DNA from: a virus
Lineage: Duplodnaviria; Caudoviricetes
Direction: 5' to 3' (one strand)
IMG/VR virus record: IMGVR_UViG_3300029288_007050
Span: 1 to 64,000 of that record
DNA: 64,000 nt
Under the pieces are notes generated by a model. It was not told the DNA's origin. It ran no database searches and was given only the letters and a program-made list of their open reading frames with translations. Made by a program: the position numbers and the translations under genes. Positions within the stretch are counted from its first letter, which is position 1, and every line of letters starts with the position of its first letter. Below are positions 7,859 to 18,048 of this stretch, one piece after another.

Positions 7859-8160
7859 TCACAATGATAGTCGCAGCTTTTTTGCTCTTTCCCGTTTTTG
7901 TCGAATTGAAAGAATCATATAAAAAATGGGCAAAGAACAAAATAACAAAGGTCGAAAAGAAAAACATAAAAATTAAATCCGACAAGGCGTTTACTCTAAT
8001 TGAACTTTTGGTCGTTTTAGCTATTACTGGTATTCTGTTATCGGTTCTATTTACCGCTATGAAAGAAAAAGGAAACGATACGACATCTTGCTATGACCAG
8101 AAGACAGAGTGTTTGTTAAAATGCTCTAATCAATATGATGAATGTCGCGTCAAAGAATAA
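7846..8160 (+). CDS. type IV pilin-like protein (prepilin cleavage/methylation motif)
   Basis: KAFTLIELLVVLAITGILLSVL. Confidence 0.7.
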   Translation: MWKIITMIVAAFLLFPVFVELKESYKKWAKNKITKVEKKNIKIKSDKAFTLIELLVVLAITGILLSVLFTAMKEKGNDTTSCYDQKTECLLKCSNQYDECRVKE

Positions 8161-8164
8161 AAAC

Positions 8165-8989
8165 ATGTCATACATAAGCAAAGAAGGCAATCTTAGAGTT
8201 GGTAAAATCATTGGTCATGTAGCATTAGCAATCTTAGCTTTGATTCTTATCTTCGGTTCTTTTGGAACGATTGGCGCTGGTGAAAAAGGTGTTTTGCTTC
8301 AATTCGGAGCAGTCCAAGAAAAAGTATTCGACGAAGGTTTGTTTTTCAAAGTACCGTTTGTGCAGAAAGTTAGACATTTAGATGTGAAAATTCAGAAAGA
8401 ACAAGTTGAAGTTTCAGCTGCTTCTAAAGATTTGCAGACAGTTAGTTCAGTTATAGCTCTTAATTATCACTTGGACGAAAACAAGGTAGCAGAACTATGG
8501 CAGAAAGTAGGAAAGAACTACAAGGCAAGAATCATTGACCCAGCTATACAAGAAGCGTTGAAAGCAAGCACTGCGAAATATACTGCAGAAGAGCTGATTA
8601 CAAAGAGACCAGAAGTTAGAGACGATGCTAAAGCTATTTTGTCAGAAAGACTAGCAAAAGAATTTATAATTGTTGATGAATTGTCTATTGTAAACTTTGA
8701 CTTTTCGTCTTCATTCAACAGTGCGATCGAAGCAAAAGTGACAGCAGAGCAGAATGCTTTAGCAGCTAAGAACAAACTAGAACAAGTCAAATTCGAAGCA
8801 GAACAGAGAATATCTCAAGCAAAAGGTGAAGCTGAAGCTATTAGAATTCAAGCAGAAGCTATTACTCAACAAGGCGGAAAAGACTATGTTAATCTGAAAT
8901 GGATAGAGGCATGGGGAAGCGGAAAGGCTCCAGTGCCTCAAACGATAATCGGTGAAGGCGGTGGAAATTTCTTGTTCAACATAAAATAG
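8165..8989 (+). CDS. SPFH/prohibitin (band 7) membrane protein
   Basis: TM helix, GEKGVL..FG, SKDLQTV, AIEAKV.AEQ coiled coil. Confidence 0.92.
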   Translation: MSYISKEGNLRVGKIIGHVALAILALILIFGSFGTIGAGEKGVLLQFGAVQEKVFDEGLFFKVPFVQKVRHLDVKIQKEQVEVSAASKDLQTVSSVIALNYHLDENKVAELWQKVGKNYKARIIDPAIQEALKASTAKYTAEELITKRPEVRDDAKAILSERLAKEFIIVDELSIVNFDFSSSFNSAIEAKVTAEQNALAAKNKLEQVKFEAEQRISQAKGEAEAIRIQAEAITQQGGKDYVNLKWIEAWGSGKAPVPQTIIGEGGGNFLFNIK

Positions 8990-9179
8990 AAAGAATAGCG
9001 TTTTACGGTATCGCTTGAAGAACCGTAAATAAGTATGAGAATACTAAAAGACTCTGATAGTAGAGAAGACATCATTTTTAGTTCTGATGAACATTATTCA
9101 GACAAGACAGAAAAAACAAGAGATCCTGGAGAATATCTTGGAGTTTTTGGTATATTAAAACTAATAAAAGAAATATTAG

Positions 9180-9389
9180 ATGGAGAAGACGTCTAAACTA
9201 AAAATGAAAACAGAAAAACGAAGCAAATATTGGTATACTATGGTAGACATTCTCGATGGCCAGTTTCCGAAAAACAAATGCAAGGAAAGAGGAAGAGCTT
9301 TAGTCATGCTTGCATATATCGAAATGTTGTTGAAAGGTTTCAAATTTGACGAAAATGGCTACCCTATCCGAAAAAATACAAGCGTTTAA
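9180..9389 (+). CDS. hypothetical protein
   Basis: short ORF. Confidence 0.5.
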   Translation: MEKTSKLKMKTEKRSKYWYTMVDILDGQFPKNKCKERGRALVMLAYIEMLLKGFKFDENGYPIRKNTSV

Positions 9390-9402
9390 GAAGTTTTTTG
9401 GG

Positions 9403-9472
9403 GGGGGGCAATGCCAAGGCGGCGAATGGGACTCCAAATCCTGTTGGGAAGGTTCGATTCCTTCGTCCCCCG
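9403..9472 (+). tRNA. tRNA-Trp(CCA)
   Basis: TGGGA-CTCCAAA-TCCTG; T arm GAAGG-TTCGATT-CCTTC; short D loop. Confidence 0.85.
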
Positions 9473-9793
9473 CTTAAAAAAAATAAACTTATGAGAAAAA
9501 TAATACATAAAGGTTTGTTAAAAACGTTAACGTGGTTTATTTTAGGTATGCTCTTTGGTTTTTTCTTAGCGTTTAGCAATTTAGCAGTGACGTGCGTTAA
9601 AAAACTATGACAGCAATTATGCAATACGAAGCAAAATGTCAAAAATGCAAAAAAACGTTTAAGACGTTTGGGATAGACAAAAACTTTACTATTATTAAAA
9701 AGTTTCAATGTTTTTCATTCTGTCCGAAATGTTCGAAAAAATTAGAAAAAATGGTCGAAGAATGGCTCAAAAAATAATTAACTAAACATTTGC

Positions 9794-10000
9794 ATGAAAG
9801 AATTCATTCAAACGATTATAATCATAATGTTAGTATTTTTTGTTATAGTGTTCATTGCTTCATTGATTGGCAAAGCTGTCGTCTATACTGATCAAGAAAA
9901 AGCTAGAAAATTAGAGTATTGTATTAGTCAGAATCAAAGTTTTCAAGACTGCTTTATAATGATACACAGAGGATATGACTTTGACAAAATCTCAAAATAA
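9794..10000 (+). CDS. small membrane protein
   Basis: N-terminal hydrophobic helix. Confidence 0.55.
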   Translation: MKEFIQTIIIIMLVFFVIVFIASLIGKAVVYTDQEKARKLEYCISQNQSFQDCFIMIHRGYDFDKISK

Positions 10001-10424
10001 AAAAATGAAAATAAAGTATTGCGAAAAATGTGTTCAAATGACTAATCATATCGGCGACAAATGTCTGAAATGCAATAGTTCTAATTCTAAACAAGAATCT
10101 GATCCAGGTCCATGTTATCGTTGTCACCAGTGGCCGTGCAAATGCAAAGAAGGACCATTGATGGAGAAACCATCAGACAAAGATAAAAGCATAAGAGAAG
10201 AAATAATAGAAATAATCGAACAATTCTATTATCGGTGTAGTCCGACTTGTATAGGATGCGAAGTAGAATTAGATATGATGGCGTCTTCGATTATTTCTCT
10301 TTATGATGAAAGACTACAAAAACTTATAGTCGATGAAATTTTGATCGCTAGAAAAGAAGGCTTCCCGACTTCTCGTCTCACAAGTTTATTTATGAAAGTT
10401 AAACAATTAAAAGAAGACAAATGA
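9975..10424 (+). CDS. Cys-rich hypothetical protein
   Basis: multiple CxxC; stop overlaps primase ATG. Confidence 0.55.
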   Translation: MTLTKSQNKKMKIKYCEKCVQMTNHIGDKCLKCNSSNSKQESDPGPCYRCHQWPCKCKEGPLMEKPSDKDKSIREEIIEIIEQFYYRCSPTCIGCEVELDMMASSIISLYDERLQKLIVDEILIARKEGFPTSRLTSLFMKVKQLKEDK

Positions 10425-12190
10425 ACCTCGCATTAGATTATCTATCTAAAACTGGTTGGGAATACAAAGAAGTTGCAAATAAGCAATATTCTGTTAAAGT
10501 CTGTCCTCTTTGTGGAGATGAACGCTGGAAATTCTATATGTCTTATGATGGTTTATGGGATTGCAAAATATGCGCTGAATCTGGTAATTTATATCAATTG
10601 AAAGGCAAACTTGGCGGTATCGATGAAATCTCAAGCATTGATTCTCTTTTTCGAGATAAGAGAGAATTAGACATTAAAATTTTGGATGAATATGTCAACA
10701 GTCTGAAAAATGATAAAAATGCTTACGAATATTTGACGAAAATAAGAGGTTTCACTCCAGAGACGATCGAAAAATTCAAACTTGGTGTTGATGGTAATTG
10801 GATCGTTATACCTCATTTTCAAAACGAGAAATTGTGGAATTTGAAAATGAGAAATTATAAAGAAAAAGACTTTCGTCGAGTATCTGGACAACCTTCAGTT
10901 CTTTTTAATATTGACAATATAGATTTAAAGAAAAAAGCATTAGTCATTGTCGAGAGTGAGACTGATTGTATAGCTGCTTCACAAATGGGAATCAAAAACG
11001 TTGTTGGTTTAACTACAGGTGCAGGTACGTTTTTACCAGAATGGATACCATTTACTCTCAAGTTTAAAGAAATTTATATCTGTTTAAATTCAGACACGGC
11101 TGGCCAAAAAGGTGCTTATAGTATGGCTGAAAAACTTGGTTTGGAAAAATGTAGAAACGTCATTCTCCCAGTAAAAGATGTTAACGACTACATGCAAGAA
11201 CATACGGGCGATGATTTTTATAAATTAGTAAAGAATGCTAAAAGATTCAATATCAAAAATATCAAAGACGTCGCTGAGTATATAAGAGATTTAGACGAAT
11301 GGCTTGATAGTGGCGAAGCTTTGAATGGTTTAGAATTGCCTTTTCCAAAAATAAACAAATATCTGAGTGGATTCAAAGAAGAAGATATGATAATCATTTC
11401 TGGAGACACAGGTGTCGGTAAAACAACAATATGTTTCAACATCGTTGACAAGTTTCTTAAAAATGGCAAACGGTGTCTTGTTTTTCTTTTAGAAGGAAAA
11501 ATAAAATATCATCTTTTAAGAATGATGTCTGCTGAAACGCATGTCAAAACTGCAGATATTCAAAAAGATAAAACAATTGTACCAGATTGGGAAGAAGTAA
11601 AGAAAAGATTTTCTGATTATCCATTGTATTTTTATTCTGGAACACAAAGTGACATGGATCCGAAAAAGCTTGCAGAACTATTGATGGCAGCTGTAAAACT
11701 CTATGACATAGATTTTGTGATGATAGATAATCTCCAAAAATTCGTAAAAGGTGATTTCGATTTAGTCGTTCAAGAAACTAGTAGAACAGTATCAGCAATA
11801 AAAGATTTAGCAGTCGATCTAAAAATTCCAATAATGTTAATCACCCATATCAGAAAACCAGTCAAGGGTGCTAATCGTGTCACAATGCATGATGCTAAAT
11901 CGAGTTCAACTATATATCAAGACGCAGACATCTATTTAACTTTATGGAACAACAAAACAGATAATCAGGAAGGTGATGACATGGTGTTGTCTATTGAGAA
12001 AAATAGAATGGGAGAAGGTGGCATCGACATACGCATGACCTATGAAAAGGAAATTGGTGAGTATCATGAACGTGCAGGTGATGCAGAAAAAGTAGTCAAA
12101 AGAAAGAAAATAGATAAAAACGTTACTTGGGAAGAAAAAGGTTTTGATGACAATGAAAAAGAAAAGGACGATGGTTTTAAGAAAATATAA
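10421..12190 (+). CDS. DNA primase-helicase (T7 gp4/Twinkle-like: Zn finger-TOPRIM-DnaB-like)
   Basis: CPLC..CKIC; VESETD/NSDTAG TOPRIM; Walker A GDTGVGKT; IEKNR. Confidence 0.93.
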   Translation: MNLALDYLSKTGWEYKEVANKQYSVKVCPLCGDERWKFYMSYDGLWDCKICAESGNLYQLKGKLGGIDEISSIDSLFRDKRELDIKILDEYVNSLKNDKNAYEYLTKIRGFTPETIEKFKLGVDGNWIVIPHFQNEKLWNLKMRNYKEKDFRRVSGQPSVLFNIDNIDLKKKALVIVESETDCIAASQMGIKNVVGLTTGAGTFLPEWIPFTLKFKEIYICLNSDTAGQKGAYSMAEKLGLEKCRNVILPVKDVNDYMQEHTGDDFYKLVKNAKRFNIKNIKDVAEYIRDLDEWLDSGEALNGLELPFPKINKYLSGFKEEDMIIISGDTGVGKTTICFNIVDKFLKNGKRCLVFLLEGKIKYHLLRMMSAETHVKTADIQKDKTIVPDWEEVKKRFSDYPLYFYSGTQSDMDPKKLAELLMAAVKLYDIDFVMIDNLQKFVKGDFDLVVQETSRTVSAIKDLAVDLKIPIMLITHIRKPVKGANRVTMHDAKSSSTIYQDADIYLTLWNNKTDNQEGDDMVLSIEKNRMGEGGIDIRMTYEKEIGEYHERAGDAEKVVKRKKIDKNVTWEEKGFDDNEKEKDDGFKKI

Positions 12191-12195
12191 AGGGG

Positions 12196-12290
12196 TTTAC
12201 AAACACTGTCATTTATGGTATAATATAGACATAGAGGATAAAATGAGATAGAGACTATATATTTACAAAGATTAAAATATATGGTATAAT
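12196..12290 (+). promoter_or_regulatory. two tandem sigma70-type promoters
   Basis: TTTACA-N17-TATAAT at 12196-12224 and 12262-12290. Confidence 0.85.
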
Positions 12291-12301
12291 ATATAAATAA
12301 T

Positions 12302-13030
12302 ATGGCAAAAAAATCTAAAACAATTATCGAAGACAATAAGAAAAAAGGAGCTCAATTAATTAACGCTACTTTTTTAGACAAAAATGGCAAGAAGACAAGC
12401 GTCACTGACGTTATAGGAAAAAACGACTGTTGGTATTTACCAAAAGCAAACTCGTGGATTTTAACACATAACGCCATCAAAACAATAGCTATTCTTGCTG
12501 GTATTAGTAAAAACTATGAAGTTGAGGAATCACCAAACGTCGTGCCAGATTACAAAAATGAACAAGAACATATTGTCAGAGTCACTATACACTGTAAAGC
12601 AAAAGATGGTGAAGGTGGCGGTTGTGTTCATTCAGAGGAAAGAGACTTAACTATCACTGGAGAATCAAATCGGGTCAATACTCCGAATCGAGGTCGGGGT
12701 TATTTGAGAAAGATGGCTGAAAAACGAGCATTCGACATAGCAGTACTCGAACATCTTAATTTATATTCTTCTGTATTTTCAGAAGAAGAATCAGCAGACT
12801 TCGAACAGAAAAGAACGAAAGAACCAGATCTGCTTCCAGGAACTAAAGAATTCGAAAGTATTACAACTGAAATCAATGCTATTCTCAATACGAAGTCTTT
12901 ACCAGATTTGAAAAGAGTTTCGAAAAAAATCAAAGCGGGTATCAGAATCGACAAGTATACAGACAAACAGATCGTATATTTAAGAGAATTATATAAGAAA
13001 GAAATAGGTAAAAAAGATTCAGAATTTTAA
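12302..13030 (+). CDS. putative single-strand annealing protein (Rad52/Sak-like)
   Basis: KMAEKRAFDIAVL...VFSEEESADF motif; near exonuclease and SSB. Confidence 0.45.
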   Translation: MAKKSKTIIEDNKKKGAQLINATFLDKNGKKTSVTDVIGKNDCWYLPKANSWILTHNAIKTIAILAGISKNYEVEESPNVVPDYKNEQEHIVRVTIHCKAKDGEGGGCVHSEERDLTITGESNRVNTPNRGRGYLRKMAEKRAFDIAVLEHLNLYSSVFSEEESADFEQKRTKEPDLLPGTKEFESITTEINAILNTKSLPDLKRVSKKIKAGIRIDKYTDKQIVYLRELYKKEIGKKDSEF

Positions 13031-13035
13031 AAAAT

Positions 13036-13608
13036 ATGCAACAACCGGAAGAAGAAAAGAATAAAAAAATATTAGAGGAGAATTTAAAACTAAGAATAGA
13101 AGATAAAAAGAAGGGCATCTTTTTTATCAATTCTATATTTGATGACACTTTATTAGAATTTTTGTTTTTTGACATAAAAAAGGCTATTGAAGATATAACG
13201 ATCAAAGAAATATTTATATATATCAATAGTAATGGAGGCGATACTACAACATTGTTTCCGCTGTATGATCTCATCAAAAAATCTGATAAAACTATAAACA
13301 CTATAGTTTTAGGAAAAGCATATAGTGCTGGAGCAATCATTTTATTATCTGGTACTAATCGATTTGCATATAAAAACTCGGAAATACTATTGCATGAAGT
13401 TTCTACTGAAATACCTAACTCAAAAAGTACTCAGATATTTGAATTCTCAAAAAATATTGTTAAAATAAATAAGACATTAAAGAAAATCGTGAAAGAAAAC
13501 ACGAAAATGACGAGTAAAGAAATAGAAACGTATTTCAATTCAAATAAAGACATTTTTATCGATTCTTCAAAAGCATTGAAATACGGTATAATTGATAAAA
13601 TAATATAA
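13036..13608 (+). CDS. ClpP-like serine protease
   Basis: YINSNGG, GKAYSAG (catalytic Ser), LLHE, ALKYGIIDKI. Confidence 0.88.
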   Translation: MQQPEEEKNKKILEENLKLRIEDKKKGIFFINSIFDDTLLEFLFFDIKKAIEDITIKEIFIYINSNGGDTTTLFPLYDLIKKSDKTINTIVLGKAYSAGAIILLSGTNRFAYKNSEILLHEVSTEIPNSKSTQIFEFSKNIVKINKTLKKIVKENTKMTSKEIETYFNSNKDIFIDSSKALKYGIIDKII

Positions 13609-13610
13609 AA

Positions 13611-14384
13611 ATGACTGACAAAATAACTAAATTTAGTCCAAGCTCGATTCTAACATATCTCAATTGTCCCAGACTTTTCTACTATCAATACATCTCGAAA
13701 ATACAACTTCCCCAGAAACAGATTCATCTCGTTTTCGGTGGAGCAGTGCATAAAGCTATAGAAATGAATTTTGTCAAACAAGATCCATTCAAAGCATTTC
13801 TCCAAGAATTCGATATAAAAAAATTATTAGCTGAAGAGAGAGAACTTCATAAAGAATATGTCGATCTAGGATATGAAATGATACGCAATTACCTTAGGGA
13901 ATACCCCACGCTCAACGCTCTCTATGGGCTAGAAGATGGACGATCTGAGGTTTATATCAAACGTTATTTGACAAATCCACTGACTGGTGAAACATCTAGT
14001 TTACCTATGGCTGGAAGAATCGATAGACTATTAACTAATAAAAAACTAGTAGAGTTCAAAACGTCTAAAGCTAAATGGAATCCAGCCGATGTCAATTTTA
14101 AAATCCAGACTTTGCTATACAATTTATGGTATTACTCCGAATTTGGTATTTTACCAGACGAAACTCTCTATATAATTTTACTTAAAAAATATAAAAAGAC
14201 TGGTAGAGGAGAAACATATCAAGCTCTTTCTAAACATTGCACTTTAGAAGAATTAGCTGGAACATTTGATGAAGTCGAAATGATATTGAATAAGATCAAC
14301 AACGGAGAGTTTGACAGACCTAAAAATCATCCGAAGTGGTGCGATTGTTATAGATATGAAGAAGCTTTAAATTTCAATAACTAA
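13611..14384 (+). CDS. PD-(D/E)XK exonuclease (RecB/Cas4-like)
   Basis: FSPSSI..YLNCPR, GGAVH, GRIDRL, EFKT. Confidence 0.85.
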   Translation: MTDKITKFSPSSILTYLNCPRLFYYQYISKIQLPQKQIHLVFGGAVHKAIEMNFVKQDPFKAFLQEFDIKKLLAEERELHKEYVDLGYEMIRNYLREYPTLNALYGLEDGRSEVYIKRYLTNPLTGETSSLPMAGRIDRLLTNKKLVEFKTSKAKWNPADVNFKIQTLLYNLWYYSEFGILPDETLYIILLKKYKKTGRGETYQALSKHCTLEELAGTFDEVEMILNKINNGEFDRPKNHPKWCDCYRYEEALNFNN

Positions 14385-14426
14385 AAACAAAGGTCGAATC
14401 AGAAGATAAAAACAAAACATAGAAAA

Positions 14427-14537
14427 ATGGTAAGAAGTAAACCAAAAAAAGATGGCTCCGGTAGAGGCCGAAGAGCTAATAGAGGAAGAGGGGGTTGTTC
14501 TTCCACTCGTAGAACAGGTCGAGGAAGAAACAAATAA
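14427..14537 (+). CDS. 36-aa Arg/Gly-rich basic peptide
   Basis: Hand translation MVRSKPKKDGSGRGRRANRGRGGCSSTRRTGRGRNK. Confidence 0.6.
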   Translation: MVRSKPKKDGSGRGRRANRGRGGCSSTRRTGRGRNK

Positions 14538-14572
14538 ACTCTTGAAATAACAATTAATTAATAGACAAAAAA

Positions 14573-15094
14573 ATGGCAAACGTTGAAAAAATCAAAATCG
14601 TTAAAATCGGCAGAAAACAACAACCTTCGAAGTTTAAACCAGGTGAAACGTATTCGATCACGACAATAATGGACGAAAAAAACAGAAAATTGGTTGCGAT
14701 GGGTGCTTGGGGAGAAAAATGGCAAGTAGGTGATGTCATCGAAGCAAGTGTTGAAGAGAAAAAATGGACAGACAAAGACGGCTTTGAACAAATCAGCTTG
14801 AATCTTAAGAATCCCAATCAATCTGCTTTCACTCCAAGAGGTGGTTCTTATTTCAATCCGGTAGTTGTTTCATACCAATTAGCTGCTTCACTGGCTCCAT
14901 TGTTTTTCTCTGGAAAGAAAAAAGTTACGTTAGCAAACGTCGATGAGTTAGCTGCAGAACTTAAAAAGAGAATCGAAGTAAAACAAACACCTGCACCAGC
15001 TGCTGTTCCAGAAAAGAAAGAAGTGCCGACTGTAGACGTTGACAAAGAAGAAACTACTGAGGAAGAAGAAGACGACGACGAAAGACCCTTTTAA
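14573..15094 (+). CDS. putative single-stranded DNA-binding protein
   Basis: OB-like N-terminus; acidic tail EEEEDDDERPF. Confidence 0.65.
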   Translation: MANVEKIKIVKIGRKQQPSKFKPGETYSITTIMDEKNRKLVAMGAWGEKWQVGDVIEASVEEKKWTDKDGFEQISLNLKNPNQSAFTPRGGSYFNPVVVSYQLAASLAPLFFSGKKKVTLANVDELAAELKKRIEVKQTPAPAAVPEKKEVPTVDVDKEETTEEEEDDDERPF

Positions 15095-15110
15095 TCAAAA
15101 ATAAAATAGA

Positions 15111-15554
15111 ATGAAGATTCTTGGTGTACAATTCAATAAACAGTCTGGCCCAGATGCAATTCATCAGCATAAAATAGAATTCACAGTTGATGAATCTCAG
15201 CAAGAAGGCTTTTACGATTTCTGCAAAACTGTTAAGAAAGGTTCTGAATTGTTATTGTTGATTTTTGACGCGACTAAAGAAGAGGAAGAAATTAAAGAAT
15301 TAGTTAATGAAAAACCCGAACAGACTAAAGTCAGACTGTTTAAAAGAATGCATGCAATGATAAATGATATAGCGGAATCAAAGAAAAAAACACCAGAAGA
15401 AATCAAAGAATCTCTTAAAGAGTTTTTGATTAAAAAGAAATACATTCAAAAGTCGACTAAAGAATTAGACGTAAAAGGGTTAGCTGCTTCGATTTACTAC
15501 TTACAGACAGAATATAGCCATTTTTCAGAATCTGATAATTCAGAATTAGAATAA
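15111..15554 (+). CDS. hypothetical protein
   Basis: ORF in operon. Confidence 0.65.
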   Translation: MKILGVQFNKQSGPDAIHQHKIEFTVDESQQEGFYDFCKTVKKGSELLLLIFDATKEEEEIKELVNEKPEQTKVRLFKRMHAMINDIAESKKKTPEEIKESLKEFLIKKKYIQKSTKELDVKGLAASIYYLQTEYSHFSESDNSELE

Positions 15555-15565
15555 AACGACAAAAT

Positions 15566-15856
15566 ATGGAAAAACAAAAAACAAAAATCGATCCAGAAAA
15601 ATATTATTCTATCAGAAGAACTGCTAAACTGATTCCTTGGATTCATAGTGAGCCGACTTTACAGAAAATAATTCACGACGATATTCAAAACAACAATAAC
15701 CAGCTGTTCAAAGCTGTCGTTTTGAAACGAAATAAACAAAGACGATACTATTTGAAAGGTATCAATATTATCAATGTCATCAAGATGTCAGAATCAGGCA
15801 ATCTAATACAAAATGGAAGCCTTCTCACCAATAAGAAAAACAACAGACGAAAATAA
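15566..15856 (+). CDS. hypothetical protein (possible winged-HTH)
   Basis: YYSIRRTAKLI...RRYYL pattern. Confidence 0.5.
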   Translation: MEKQKTKIDPEKYYSIRRTAKLIPWIHSEPTLQKIIHDDIQNNNNQLFKAVVLKRNKQRRYYLKGINIINVIKMSESGNLIQNGSLLTNKKNNRRK

Positions 15857-16160
15857 AAGAGAAGGTATCGTTCTGAACAAAGAAACGATATATCGATCGG
15901 CTTGGTTTCATAGAGGTATACCCAGATGGAATCCAGTAATATATGGAAAAGAAGGACAGAATTTTGAAGAATGGGTATTCGACGATAAAAACATAAAATT
16001 CATTATTATTAGTATTCCTGGATTTGGTAATTATCAATTAGAAATGGAAGACTTCCGAAAGTTTTATGCTGAAAATCTTAAAGTGAAAGACACGATATTT
16101 CGTGGTAAAAGATATTTATTTCCACTACAATTATGCAAGAAACTGGAGAGAAAAATATAA
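15813..16160 (+). CDS. hypothetical protein
   Basis: ORF in operon. Confidence 0.6.
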   Translation: MEAFSPIRKTTDENKREGIVLNKETIYRSAWFHRGIPRWNPVIYGKEGQNFEEWVFDDKNIKFIIISIPGFGNYQLEMEDFRKFYAENLKVKDTIFRGKRYLFPLQLCKKLERKI

Positions 16161-17029
16161 TCTTAGGCGGTGGTATTTCTGGTCTGCTACAAGCATACTA
16201 TAAACCAAACTCTGTCATCATTTCTGACAAAATAGGCGGACAGTTTTCATCTAAATTCCAACTTGGCCCTAAATATCTTCATGTGGATGATTCGACGAAA
16301 CGTTTTTTCAAAGAAATAAATATCGAACCAGAGATTAAAAAAATTAAAATCGGTTTCTTTTTCGATGGAAAACTGCATTCAGAAAATACTGAAGAAAACA
16401 GAAAGAGATATTTTGAAAAAACAAGAGGGTCGTTGACTGAACCATATCATTCTGTAATGACTTCAAATAAAACTGAGTTTGATTCATTTGCTATTGCGCC
16501 TGATGAGATAATTGAAATATTGAAGACAAAAATAAAAAACGAAACAATCTTAGAAAAAGTAATAGGAGTTAATTTAAGATATAAAGAAGTATTGACAGAA
16601 TCTAGAAAAATCAAATATGACAATCTAATATCGACGATACCATTGAACGTGTTTTTATTTCTTAGCGGTAAACCAGATTTAGCAAAACAATATCAATCTT
16701 TTCCGACTACGTTCATTTTTTCTGAAAATTATAAAGATTGTCCATTCAGTGATTTTCAAGACTTTAACTATGTCTATGTTTCTGAACCACAACACGCGTT
16801 TCATAGAATAACTAAAGTACCAGACGGCATTGTTTTTGAATTCAAAGGAGACGGTATAAAAGCATTGAAAGGCGAAAAAGACAGAGTAGTAATGAAAGTA
16901 GGACAGTTAGTCGAAAACAATATGTTGATTGATTTCCAATATGTCAAGTTTTTTGGTAGATATGGTTGTTGGAAACATGGTATTAAAACTAACGAACTAT
17001 TAAAAGAAATATATGACACTAAAGTTTAA
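16133..17029 (+). CDS. FAD-dependent oxidoreductase, UDP-galactopyranose mutase/HemY-like
   Basis: IILGGGISGL, IGG, GPKYLH, LISTIPL, FGRYGCWKH. Confidence 0.75.
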   Translation: MQETGEKNIILGGGISGLLQAYYKPNSVIISDKIGGQFSSKFQLGPKYLHVDDSTKRFFKEINIEPEIKKIKIGFFFDGKLHSENTEENRKRYFEKTRGSLTEPYHSVMTSNKTEFDSFAIAPDEIIEILKTKIKNETILEKVIGVNLRYKEVLTESRKIKYDNLISTIPLNVFLFLSGKPDLAKQYQSFPTTFIFSENYKDCPFSDFQDFNYVYVSEPQHAFHRITKVPDGIVFEFKGDGIKALKGEKDRVVMKVGQLVENNMLIDFQYVKFFGRYGCWKHGIKTNELLKEIYDTKV

Positions 17030-17115
17030 AGAGTGGGATAAAAAACATAAAAGAGTGTGGCAGTTTGCAGACATTGACAGTGAACACGAGTGTTGCCTTA
17101 ATGGATATGAACTAT

Positions 17116-18048
17116 ATGAATCTTAAAGATATATTCAAAGAACAAAAAGACTTCCAGAAATACTTCTATAATCCAGATGACATTTCTGATGAAGACAAAA
17201 TAAAATTCACTAAAGAATACGTTCTTTCTATTCACAAAGAACTTGGAGAGATTCTAGATACTATACCCTGGAAACTTCACAGGAAAGAAGAAAAAGCTAA
17301 GTCTGAAAACAATACTATTGAAGAAATAATGGATTGTTTCAAGTTTCTTCTAAATCTTTGCATAATTTGGGGAATAGACGATGAAAAGTTTGTAAAAGAA
17401 TTCTTTAGAAAATCAATGGTTGTCAGGCAAAGATATAATCAAGAAATTCTTAAAGTAATAAGTAAAGATGACAAAGTGTGTGCGATCGACTTAGACGATA
17501 CTCTTGCTGATTCTTCTAAATACTTTATCGAAGTCTATCATAGAGAAAATTGCACCAGCACACCATATAAAAACAAAGCAGACTTAAAAAATCGTTTAGA
17601 TACTCTATCTTATGAAGAATTTAAGTCATGGTTTAGAGAATCTGGCGAAAAAGTCAATATACCCGTCATATCTGGAGCTAAAGAACTCTGTGATTATCTG
17701 AAGAAAAAAGGATATAAGATCGTTATCATTTCTGCTAGACCTTACGAAAAACACAGAAGAATCTTTTCAGATACTTTACAATGGTTGAATGACAACGAAA
17801 TTCAATATGATGCTGTCTATTTTGACAAAGACAAACACATCAAAATTTTGAAACAATTACCGAACTTATCATTCATTATAGAAGACAATCCAGAATATTC
17901 TGAACAGATTGCTTCTCAGGGTTTTAAAGTTTATCTTCTGCCGAATGAATGTGATAGTTCTTCTGAAGCAAAGATTAGAGAGACACTCAAAAATAAAGAA
18001 AACATTTCTCAGATTAATAATTTATTAGAAATAAAAAACTATGAATGA
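17116..18048 (+). CDS. fusion of all-alpha dNTP pyrophosphatase and HAD 5'-nucleotidase-like phosphatase
   Basis: ELGE..PWK..EEIMDCFKF; DLDDT, ISAR, IEDN. Confidence 0.8.
   Translation: MNLKDIFKEQKDFQKYFYNPDDISDEDKIKFTKEYVLSIHKELGEILDTIPWKLHRKEEKAKSENNTIEEIMDCFKFLLNLCIIWGIDDEKFVKEFFRKSMVVRQRYNQEILKVISKDDKVCAIDLDDTLADSSKYFIEVYHRENCTSTPYKNKADLKNRLDTLSYEEFKSWFRESGEKVNIPVISGAKELCDYLKKKGYKIVIISARPYEKHRRIFSDTLQWLNDNEIQYDAVYFDKDKHIKILKQLPNLSFIIEDNPEYSEQIASQGFKVYLLPNECDSSSEAKIRETLKNKENISQINNLLEIKNYE

Noticed and set aside
9398-9610. ORF starting in a G-run
   Set aside because: 5' part is tRNA-Trp; at most a short ORF from ATG 9491 is real.
13611-14384. Cas4 suggesting CRISPR-Cas
   Set aside because: No array or other cas genes seen; context fits a phage recombination exonuclease.
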